Positions 28,158-35,474 of a stretch of DNA of 64,000 nt are shown here, one piece after another (the stretch's first letter is position 1; every line of letters begins with the position of its first letter). The stretch is from positions 1 to 64,000 of IMG/VR virus record IMGVR_UViG_3300046469_000011. One strand, 5' to 3'. Origin of the DNA: a virus. Taxonomy: Duplodnaviria > Caudoviricetes. The notes below the pieces were generated by a model, which searched no databases, was not told the DNA's origin, and was given only the letters and a program-made list of their open reading frames with translations. A program made the translations under genes and the position numbers.

Positions 28158-28568
28158 TCACGGAACTGCGAAGTACGGAACTTCGCTTTCGAATGGAAGC
28201 CCCATAGTCGCGCCCATCTGACCAGCGCCACCCATTCCGATGCTCGGGGTGCGACGACGCTCGCGGTAGAAGGCGTACTCGGGGTTGGTGATGTGGACGG
28301 CCCCGCGACCGCGAAGGCCACCGGGGAACTGAGAGCCACCTGCACCACCTAGCTCGTCCTGGGAGAGACGTGGAGCCACGTAGAGCAGATTCGTGCCCGG
28401 AATCGGCGTACCGATCTGAGGCAGAGGGGAGGTCCCCAACGTGCCCGGAGCCGAAAGGCCCTTGGCCGAGAAAACGCGAATGTTGTTGGTTTCGCTGCCA
28501 GGCCGTTGGGCCACAATTTGACCAGTGGCCCAAGGCATTCCCCGGCGAGTTGCATCTCTTACTGCCAT
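28158..28568 (-). CDS. Pro/Gly-rich hypothetical protein
   Basis: AGGAGG SD. Confidence 0.7.
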   Translation of the reverse strand: MAVRDATRRGMPWATGQIVAQRPGSETNNIRVFSAKGLSAPGTLGTSPLPQIGTPIPGTNLLYVAPRLSQDELGGAGGSQFPGGLRGRGAVHITNPEYAFYRERRRTPSIGMGGAGQMGATMGLPFESEVPYFAVP

Positions 28569-28585
28569 GCTTTTCCTCCTGTTGA

Positions 28586-28957
28586 TTATCCAGACCCGCC
28601 GTTGGCCTGGGCCGATTGAATAGTCTGTTGCCGGAGCTTCTCATTACGAGAATTCCAAGGCTCAAACCCAGCACCGGGAATTTCTCCCTGATACTGAATT
28701 CCTGGCTGCTTGGGGCCATTTGGTGTCGTCCCAAGATTTCCGGTGTCAGCGTGCATGTCCCGAGGGATGGGGTATACATAGCGGGGCTGTCCCGGTTTCC
28801 CGTCTCTGGTGTATTTGTCAGAGCCATAGGGAGCCTGGGCCAGATTAGCGTTGGTCGTTGGCAGGTTCGTCAACGGCGAGACGCCAGGAAAATCCCGCTG
28901 ACCGGGGCTGGTGGGGTGTCCCCGATACTGAGCTACCTGAGAAGGGCTAAGCGCCAT
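28586..28957 (-). CDS. Pro/Gly/Gln-rich hypothetical protein
   Basis: Tiles between the basic array and the 28158 gene. Confidence 0.7.
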   Translation of the reverse strand: MALSPSQVAQYRGHPTSPGQRDFPGVSPLTNLPTTNANLAQAPYGSDKYTRDGKPGQPRYVYPIPRDMHADTGNLGTTPNGPKQPGIQYQGEIPGAGFEPWNSRNEKLRQQTIQSAQANGGSG

Positions 28958-28980
28958 AAAAAATCACCGTAAGCCTAAGT

Positions 28981-29307
28981 CTACCGTTTCCGTCCCGCGC
29001 GTCCGCGAGATGATGAAGAAGCTCGGCCACGACCACCTTTCGCGGAAATCCCACGGGCGGGGCCGGAGAGCGCGACGATCTTTTGAACAGAAGCCACACC
29101 GCGACGGCTAGCTGCTCTAGACTTAGAGCCACGCCCTGCCGGTAGGGGAGTGGAGGACATCGGAGGCCCCTGACCCGGCAGAAGCGTGGCCGCTGAGACA
29201 GGATCGACCGTGTAGCTCGCCAGGGCATTGCGAGCATCACTCACGGGCGCTTTTCCCTTATGGGTTCCCTGCCGCAGACTGGAATTCTTCGCTTTACGAC
29301 TTGCCAT
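28981..29307 (-). CDS. basic protamine-like protein 15 (108 aa, MASRKAKNSS...)
   Basis: R/K/S/G-rich; TGATG coupling. Confidence 0.75.
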   Translation of the reverse strand: MASRKAKNSSLRQGTHKGKAPVSDARNALASYTVDPVSAATLLPGQGPPMSSTPLPAGRGSKSRAASRRGVASVQKIVALSGPARGISAKGGRGRASSSSRGRAGRKR

Positions 29308-29765
29308 CAGAAAGCCTTGTCGTAGACCCTTCTAATCGGGAGAACGTGATACAGACGGGGCGGATGCGGATTCAGAGCGCGAGGACGATGAATTTCCGTT
29401 CCGGTACGGCTCTTGACCGACCTGTTGACTGAATTCGCCTTTGGGGCGCTACGGCCAGCACGAATCACCGTGTTCCCGGCCCGAGTGGGCTGGCGAGCCT
29501 TCATCGTGGCCGGAGCCTGGCCGGATTTCGGATTGGATTTCGCTGCGCGGCCCTTGTGGGTATAGCGCTTCAATTCCTTGGTCGTGCGCTTGCCGACCAC
29601 CCGCTCTTCCTTGCGCCGACGACGAGCGCGATTTCTCCGGGCACGGCGAGGTGTTTCCATCGTCGAGCGCCGAAGATCATCACGCAGCGGCCTGACAATC
29701 AAATAATGCTCGCCAGGGAATTTATGCGTAAGCCGAGAAAGTGAATGACTGTGATGACGTGCCAT
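29307..29765 (-). CDS. basic protein 14 (152 aa, MARHHSHS...)
   Basis: Poly-Arg tract; TAATG coupling. Confidence 0.75.
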   Translation of the reverse strand: MARHHSHSLSRLTHKFPGEHYLIVRPLRDDLRRSTMETPRRARRNRARRRRKEERVVGKRTTKELKRYTHKGRAAKSNPKSGQAPATMKARQPTRAGNTVIRAGRSAPKANSVNRSVKSRTGTEIHRPRALNPHPPRLYHVLPIRRVYDKAF

Positions 29766-29923
29766 TATCGAGTGCCTTTCGGCTTGGTTTCTTTCGGGCC
29801 AAGACCAGGGCGCTTGTGCTTCATGGAAGTCGGAAGCCTGTCTGGATTGGTTTTTTTACGAGCAGTCAGAAGAGATCCGGGATCTCCATGCTTCACGGCA
29901 GGAATTATCGTTACGCGGGCCAT
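29765..29923 (-). CDS. basic protein 13 (52 aa, MARVTIIP...RPGLGPKE), not in ORF track
   Basis: TAATG overlaps on both ends. Confidence 0.7.
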   Translation of the reverse strand: MARVTIIPAVKHGDPGSLLTARKKTNPDRLPTSMKHKRPGLGPKETKPKGTR

Positions 29924-30231
29924 TACCAATGCCGAGGATGCACAGTTTTATAGAATTCCAGCGTACTCAACGACATCCTTCCACCGGGAAGCCGCTTCCG
30001 CTCAGGCATCGTGACCTTCGTGCTGCCCTTATAGACCCGATGGCCCTTCCTGGACACCTTGAACCCCAAGGGCGACAGAGACTTGTGAAGCTGGTGGGGA
30101 CTGATCCCTTGCCGACGTGCCTTCCTCACTATCGCTGAATGCTGAGGAACAGTCGGCCTCATCGCCTTGGCCGCTGGTGGAAAGCGATGAATGCTCGTCG
30201 AGCGTCCTTGCTTACGCTTGACCATCGCCAT
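29923..30231 (-). CDS. basic protein 12 (102 aa)
   Basis: R/K/H-rich; TAATG coupling. Confidence 0.75.
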   Translation of the reverse strand: MAMVKRKQGRSTSIHRFPPAAKAMRPTVPQHSAIVRKARRQGISPHQLHKSLSPLGFKVSRKGHRVYKGSTKVTMPERKRLPGGRMSLSTLEFYKTVHPRHW

Positions 30232-30449
30232 TAGATTTTCCTCAACCTCGGCTTATCCCGCACCGGAGCGCGTCCCTTATGGGCACCAAGCTTCAGGTGA
30301 TGACTCGTAGCACCACCCAGGCCATGATGAGTCCTGGCTGGAAATCCACGGCTGGACATAACCCGCAGATCATTGATCTTGGGTTTCATGCTGTACGCCT
30401 GAATCTGAGCGCGTCGCCTCGATCCAAGCCCTCTACGACCAATTCGCAT
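30231..30449 (-). CDS. basic protein 11 (72 aa)
   Basis: R-rich; HKGRAPV motif. Confidence 0.7.
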   Translation of the reverse strand: MRIGRRGLGSRRRAQIQAYSMKPKINDLRVMSSRGFPARTHHGLGGATSHHLKLGAHKGRAPVRDKPRLRKI

Positions 30450-30454
30450 TCAGA

Positions 30455-30643
30455 TCACCCGGCAGGCCAGTGTGGCTCCGGCCCATGCGGGGTCGGAGAA
30501 ATTGACGAAAGTGCAGCAGCGGTCAGTCGTGCATCGCCGCGAATACCCGTGCAGCGAATTCCGCCCGGATGATTCACCACGACGCCCTTGCCCTGTCCGC
30601 GCCGCTTACCGCGACCGCGCTTTGCTGATTTTCTACGTGCCAT
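30455..30643 (-). CDS. basic protein 10 (62 aa, MARRKSAKRGRGKRR...)
   Basis: AGGAG SD. Confidence 0.7.
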   Translation of the reverse strand: MARRKSAKRGRGKRRGQGKGVVVNHPGGIRCTGIRGDARLTAAALSSISPTPHGPEPHWPAG

Positions 30644-30651
30644 TTCTTCTC

Positions 30652-30816
30652 CTAGATTTTGAATCCTCTACGCCTCATGTCTGCCCTTGTAGAAGGGTGG
30701 AGCTTCGGCGCAGCACCTAGTTTTTTCCAATCCCCAGAAGTCATGCGAACGCCTAAAGATTGAGTTGGATTTGTCCTCATATGGTGAGGACTCGGGACTG
30801 TCGCATGTCTAGCCAT
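30652..30816 (-). CDS. basic protein 9 (54 aa, MARHATVP...PTQSLGV), not in ORF track
   Basis: ATG overlaps upstream stop; shares motif with 31117..31314. Confidence 0.7.
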   Translation of the reverse strand: MARHATVPSPHHMRTNPTQSLGVRMTSGDWKKLGAAPKLHPSTRADMRRRGFKI

Positions 30817-31117
30817 TGATTTTTGATTTCAGAGAGCGGGCCTTGCGACCAATTTTGGTCTGCCCGCGACGCTTGATTTTCGTCTTGGTCGGCTTCCACT
30901 CTTTCGGGTGATAAGTCTTTGTGACGGCATCAACCGCGCTACGGCGGGTGGGGAATGTGCCGACCATTTTGTAGCCGCCGTTGATGCGCTTGAAAGCATG
31001 GTGGACCTTGGGACCAGGAGATTCCACGCGACCAATTTCGTGTCCGCGCAGGTGAACCTCATGCGGGCCATAGCCGCCGTGAGTGAAAACCGTTGCTCCG
31101 CCATGCTTAGAAGCCAT
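30809..31117 (-). CDS. basic protein 8 (102 aa)
   Basis: K/R/H-rich; TGATG coupling. Confidence 0.75.
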   Translation of the reverse strand: MASKHGGATVFTHGGYGPHEVHLRGHEIGRVESPGPKVHHAFKRINGGYKMVGTFPTRRSAVDAVTKTYHPKEWKPTKTKIKRRGQTKIGRKARSLKSKING

Positions 31118-31314
31118 CAGACACCAAGAGATTGCGTTGGATGAGTGCGCTTCCGCGTCCGGGGCTTTCTGAATTTCCCCGCTGCGTGATCATCGTGGAA
31201 TTTCAAGATGGGATCTACTCCATCGCTGATCTTGCGCGTCCGGCCATAACCAGGAAGAAGACGCTTCCTTGAATTATCACCAGTGGTATTCACAATTCGA
31301 CGAGTACGTGCCAT
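31117..31314 (-). CDS. basic protein 7 (65 aa)
   Basis: TGATG coupling on both ends. Confidence 0.75.
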   Translation of the reverse strand: MARTRRIVNTTGDNSRKRLLPGYGRTRKISDGVDPILKFHDDHAAGKFRKPRTRKRTHPTQSLGV

Positions 31315-31646
31315 CAGCGCACCTTTGACCTATGGCCCTTGGGGGGTGTATAGGCCCGCAGAGAATCGGGAACTCCCATTTTCTTTGGGCGCGGCGTAAG
31401 CCTGGCACCCGTGCCAGCGTGGAAAGTCCCTGTATGGTCGTGGAGCGTGTGAGCGCCACGCATCGAACCGATGAACGGCTCGTGATTTGGCCGAACACCC
31501 TTCGGTCCCAAAGTTTGATTGCGAGTCTTTCGGGGAGCTTTGGGAGTGGGAATTCCTTTACCCTTGCTTCCAGTCTTCACTGATGCGCCTATGCGAAGGC
31601 TCTGTTTCTTATTACGGCGACGAAGCTGACGATTAGTAAGGGCCAT
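31314..31646 (-). CDS. basic protein 6 (110 aa)
   Basis: AAGGAG SD; TGATG coupling. Confidence 0.75.
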   Translation of the reverse strand: MALTNRQLRRRNKKQSLRIGASVKTGSKGKGIPTPKAPRKTRNQTLGPKGVRPNHEPFIGSMRGAHTLHDHTGTFHAGTGARLTPRPKKMGVPDSLRAYTPPKGHRSKVR

Positions 31647-31816
31647 CAGCGCTTTCTCCTTCTCCGGCGAGAACGAATCGGTGAAATCACAACTTCGTTC
31701 CCTTGAGCGCCAAAGGAATGAACCGTGTTGATCTCGGGAGCGACCTTATTCGAGACGGTGTAAATATGAGGACGAACGCCCATTGAGTCAGTGAGATGTC
31801 TACGCTTACCGTGCAT
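31646..31816 (-). CDS. basic protein 5 (56 aa, MHGKRR...RSRRRRRKR), not in ORF track
   Basis: TGATG overlaps on both ends. Confidence 0.7.
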   Translation of the reverse strand: MHGKRRHLTDSMGVRPHIYTVSNKVAPEINTVHSFGAQGNEVVISPIRSRRRRRKR

Positions 31817-32202
31817 CACATTTTCTTCGACCTTCTGCCACCGCGAGGACGAAAGCCCGTCTTCTTGCGGTTGCGAGGGGATTCTCCTGGCTTGGACTGA
31901 TCGACCCGAATAACCGCTTTGGGCTTGCGAGAAATTATGTGTTCCTCGGGGCCAAGACCGGGGCGCTGAGCGTGATCGTGAGCCGGAGGACGGTCAATAT
32001 TTGATCCGCCTGTCGGCTTGGCAACGCCCTTGATGCCCCGCATGACGTTTTTCTGCTTGCGCGAAGTGCGCCAAGTGCCCGGAGAAGGACGGCGAGGACC
32101 GCCATATGGCTCCTTGGGAGTCGAACCAGGGATGTTCCGACCCGCATTCCCCTTCAAGCCGGGAACGCGAGGACCCTTCGCCTGGGATTTCCGCCGTGCC
32201 AT
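31816..32202 (-). CDS. basic protein 4 (128 aa, MARRKSQ...)
   Basis: TAGATG junction; R/K/P/G-rich. Confidence 0.75.
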   Translation of the reverse strand: MARRKSQAKGPRVPGLKGNAGRNIPGSTPKEPYGGPRRPSPGTWRTSRKQKNVMRGIKGVAKPTGGSNIDRPPAHDHAQRPGLGPEEHIISRKPKAVIRVDQSKPGESPRNRKKTGFRPRGGRRSKKM

Positions 32203-32433
32203 CTACTTCTTCTTTCGGGCAGGAGATTTTTTGGCCGCAGCCGAGTCCTTGCGGCGAGCCGCGTGCTTGGAAAAAGCATGGGCCTGCTTGTCGGTCATTC
32301 CCTTACGCTTCAATTTGTTGTAGATCGTCTTCTGGGAATCCGACATGGAAACCCCGGCAGAGGGCTTTTTCGCTGTCGCCGGGGAGGAATTCTTGGCCTT
32401 GCGAGCCGTAGATTTGGGTTTGCGTGTGGTCAT
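32203..32433 (-). CDS. basic protein 3 (76 aa, K/A-rich, histone H1-like composition)
   Basis: AAGGG SD; AKKSPARKKK tail. Confidence 0.75.
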   Translation of the reverse strand: MTTRKPKSTARKAKNSSPATAKKPSAGVSMSDSQKTIYNKLKRKGMTDKQAHAFSKHAARRKDSAAAKKSPARKKK

Positions 32434-32451
32434 ATCCCTTGTAGAATCCGG

Positions 32452-32496
32452 TCCCGACCCCGGAGGGGAGTCGCCAAACTACCTCCGAGGCCGGGA
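32452..32496 (-). promoter_or_regulatory. intergenic RNA hairpin with UUGGCG loop
   Basis: 15-bp stem that pairs fully (with G-U) on the - strand, capped by AGU-UUGGCG-ACU. Confidence 0.65.
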
Positions 32497-32517
32497 ATCC
32501 GAACTCTTCATCCGCTC

Positions 32518-32721
32518 CTAGAGAGCGTCCGCGCGACGGCGGCCACGACGATGCCCGCCATGACGACGCCGACCCAGGCCGGGGTGACGGCGGACGTGGG
32601 CACGAACCCGCGTCCGGCGACCCGTGGCCGTGATCCGGGTATGCGACCGCACCCGATGATGCGTGGGATGCGGATGCCGCCCGTGACGACGACGGCGGTG
32701 TCCAACACGACGACGAGCCAT
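32518..32721 (-). CDS. basic protein 2 (67 aa, R/H-rich, protamine-like)
   Basis: AAGGAGG SD; MARRRVGHRRRRHGRH... Confidence 0.75.
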   Translation of the reverse strand: MARRRVGHRRRRHGRHPHPTHHRVRSHTRITATGRRTRVRAHVRRHPGLGRRRHGGHRRGRRRADAL

Positions 32722-32757
32722 GTGTGGATCATCCTCCTTGGTTGTTTGCAATTCCGT

Positions 32758-33081
32758 TCATCGCCTACGGGGATTCCTCCGGCGATGCGCCCTCACCCGG
32801 ACCCTCCTGCCAGTAGACGTGATGCGCGTGTGCCCGGAGACACGGTGCGTACCCCGCTTCGAGGCAGAACGGCGGCGGGTGGACGTAGACCTGGACCGAC
32901 TCGAACTACCCAGAGGCTTCCATCCTCGACGCGCCATGCGGGCAAAATTCGCTTGGGCACGGGTTCGGGGATTTTTGCTCCGAAGACCCTGCGAAACCGA
33001 AATGCCCTTTCTGGTGAAAGCGCCTCGGTGAGCCGGGTTTATGTTGATGCCTGATCGAGATCTGCGTCTGCGACGAGCCAT
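32758..33081 (-). CDS. basic protein 1 (107 aa, MARRRRRSRS...)
   Basis: Arg/Ser-rich; INPAHRGAFT...ANFAR motif. Confidence 0.75.
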   Translation of the reverse strand: MARRRRRSRSGININPAHRGAFTRKGISVSQGLRSKNPRTRAQANFARMARRGWKPLGSSSRSRSTSTRRRSASKRGTHRVSGHTRITSTGRRVRVRAHRRRNPRRR

Positions 33082-33141
33082 TCGGTTCCCGTGGGATTTG
33101 AACGGATGTCAGGCCGCTTTTGCTGACCCCTTACACGGATA

Positions 33142-33168
33142 ACTATAGCCGTTTTGGGCAGATGTCAA
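33142..33168 (-). promoter_or_regulatory. possible promoter of the basic-protein operon
   Basis: TTGACA ... TATAGT on the - strand, but the spacer is only 15 nt. Confidence 0.35.
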
Positions 33169-33211
33169 GCACTTCTGTAGGCGGCTCTGTAGACGGCCCA
33201 CTTTTGCGGCT

Positions 33212-33625
33212 CTAGTCTTCGTCTCGCAAAAGCCCAGGAAGCCTGGATCTACGGCGTTTTTGCTCACCCTTGGTGGGTACGATGTAGCGGCTCTGCTCCG
33301 ACTCCAAAATTCGCACGAAATCTGAGGCTCTACAGACCACTACTGTCTCGGTCCCACCATCCAGGGCTATAGCTATAGCGGGTATGGAATTATCACCATT
33401 CTCGCGTATTGCATTATCAGCCTCACGTAGCAATTCTTTAGATATTGAATGGCTCTCTTTCTCCGTCCACTTGCAGGAGAAGGTGAAGGTGCCATCGCCT
33501 ACGTCAAGCTTGGCGTACCAGACGTTCCCAGAGCCTTTCTGCGGCTCTACACCGAACAGAGCGGCCCAGAACCGCTCGAACCTGCGCCCTGATTTTTGCG
33601 GGGACTCTCCGGGGCGCTTTCGCAT
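33212..33625 (-). CDS. PD-(D/E)XK Holliday-junction-resolvase-like nuclease
   Basis: GRRFER...GSG....KLDV....SCK pattern (the usual ExK Glu is Ser here). Confidence 0.6.
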   Translation of the reverse strand: MRKRPGESPQKSGRRFERFWAALFGVEPQKGSGNVWYAKLDVGDGTFTFSCKWTEKESHSISKELLREADNAIRENGDNSIPAIAIALDGGTETVVVCRASDFVRILESEQSRYIVPTKGEQKRRRSRLPGLLRDED

Positions 33626-33637
33626 TCTAGGATCATA

Positions 33638-35470
33638 TCATGGTTGGGGAACTTTGCCTGAAGTCCAGCCGCCAGCCGGTGCAGCAACAAATTTTGAATT
33701 GGCTATAGATGCGGCGAAAGCAGATTGCGAAGCGGATGAGCTTTCAATAGCGAAGGTGTCAGTGGCCCCCGAGCCGTCCGTGTAGGAACCATTGTTGTTG
33801 TTGTACCAAAGAGCCGCTTTGATCTGCGGGAAAGTCTTATTAGCGATTTGAGCAAAAGTATCGGTAATCCATGAAGCCTTCCCGCTAGACCCATACGAAT
33901 CTTCACTGGCAAACTCGCAAATCACAATTGGCTTATTGGGCGAGAGAGACGCAAATCCGTTCATCGAATGGGTATAGAGATTGACGAACGACTCGCTGGT
34001 GGACCCGGTGTTGTAGCCATCGATCCCCAGCCAATCCACATAAGCATCGCCTGGATACCAGGGGGTCGGATCAACCGACACGGTGCCTGAGCCAGTCCAA
34101 ATATTAGGACACCAGACCCAGGTGATATTTGTCGCTCCTTGAGCATCACAGCGACTCTTGAATCTTTGCCACGCCGCCACATATTGTGCTGCCGTGGTGC
34201 CGTACTCTGTTTGCCACGTATATCCCGAGGACGTGCCCCAATTTCCGTTCATTTCCCAGCACCAACGGAACATGAATGGCTTGCCCCAGGAGGCAACCTG
34301 TTGCGCCCAGGCATCAATTTGAGAATCCCAGGAACCAGCGGCAATCGAGGCCATAGTCGCGCCTCCCTCCAAGCCGCTCGTCATCAAGCAAAAAGCGCCC
34401 CGAGAAAAGGCATGATCCATTGGAGAGCTACTCCACGTCACAAAATTTTCATGAACGGCGATAGCTGCGACTCTCTTGCCTGCGTGCGACTCGAACAAAT
34501 TCCAAGTAGCATCATCTGGTGTTCCGGGCCAAGGCGGATTTGCATACCCAGCATTTGTGCCGCCGTAGACAGACCCGAGAATGCTGGCACCCCAATAAAT
34601 GCGCGTAGTGGCGACAAGGCTCGTATCGGTTGCCGCATCGTGAACAGACACGCTATCCGAGGCAGATAGATGATAAATCCTAATTCCGCCCGAGAACGCG
34701 ACTGAATCAAAAACAGAAACCCGGTCGGAAGCGGACATGGAGAAACTGTTGATTCCTCCCGATCCAGTTCTTGTGACTGAATCGAAAACTGACACCGAAT
34801 CCAACGCGCCAACGAAAGAACTACCTGTTCCGCCGCCAGTAGTGCCGCCACCCGTCCCACCTGTGCCTCCCGAACCACCCCCGGTGCCTCCTGGACCGCC
34901 CTCAATGCCTCCACCTGACGTGGGGCCTCCGGTAACGCTGGTGCCCACACCCTGGCCGCTCTGCCAAAGCTTCTCTCCGTATACACCATCTTCTAGGCCC
35001 CACTGACCGTAGGCCGGTGGCTTAGAGGTGTAACGCGGCCAAAGCTGGCCGTAGGGGACCAGCAAAGTGGGATCAAAAATAAACGGAGATCCCCAGCCGA
35101 TGGGCCAGAGTTGCCCGTAGCGGGCATTCGAGACAGCTACATCGATTCCAAGCTGGAAAAGCTTGGCTGTTGAAAATTCTGCGCCAGCGACATCAATGCC
35201 GAATTGAAAAACAAAGGCGCGAGAAAGCCCTGTTGACGAACCAGCATCACCGAACGGAATTGAATCGTATGCAGCAAAGAATACGGGTCCAGGCTGAGCG
35301 GAATCGGAAATTGCAAGATCATCGCTTGCATAAAGGTGCGCTGCAATAGCATCGTAAATTGCGATGGAATCAGCAGCCGTCCTTGAATAACTGACTGGCC
35401 CTCCGGGTGCCGAAGTTTCTCCGCCACCATAAGGAGAGCCACCATAAGGACGTGATCCGTAACCGGCCAC
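33638..35470 (-). CDS. virion-associated protein with SD-repeat stalk, Gly linker and C-terminal GH26 glycoside hydrolase
   Basis: FRWCWEMNGNW, WYPGDAYVDWLGIDGYN, KPIVICEF; ASDSVSVxD repeats. Confidence 0.8.
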   Translation of the reverse strand: MAGYGSRPYGGSPYGGGETSAPGGPVSYSRTAADSIAIYDAIAAHLYASDDLAISDSAQPGPVFFAAYDSIPFGDAGSSTGLSRAFVFQFGIDVAGAEFSTAKLFQLGIDVAVSNARYGQLWPIGWGSPFIFDPTLLVPYGQLWPRYTSKPPAYGQWGLEDGVYGEKLWQSGQGVGTSVTGGPTSGGGIEGGPGGTGGGSGGTGGTGGGTTGGGTGSSFVGALDSVSVFDSVTRTGSGGINSFSMSASDRVSVFDSVAFSGGIRIYHLSASDSVSVHDAATDTSLVATTRIYWGASILGSVYGGTNAGYANPPWPGTPDDATWNLFESHAGKRVAAIAVHENFVTWSSSPMDHAFSRGAFCLMTSGLEGGATMASIAAGSWDSQIDAWAQQVASWGKPFMFRWCWEMNGNWGTSSGYTWQTEYGTTAAQYVAAWQRFKSRCDAQGATNITWVWCPNIWTGSGTVSVDPTPWYPGDAYVDWLGIDGYNTGSTSESFVNLYTHSMNGFASLSPNKPIVICEFASEDSYGSSGKASWITDTFAQIANKTFPQIKAALWYNNNNGSYTDGSGATDTFAIESSSASQSAFAASIANSKFVAAPAGGWTSGKVPQP

Positions 35471-35474
35471 ACGC

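Noticed and set aside
28102-28827. 241-aa - strand ORF
   Set aside because: Out-of-frame overlap of two tiled genes (28158..28568, which has a clear SD, and 28586..28957).
29441-33054. + strand ORFs over the basic array as the true genes
   Set aside because: They lack SDs and do not tile; the - strand ORFs show stop/start coupling and shared motifs.
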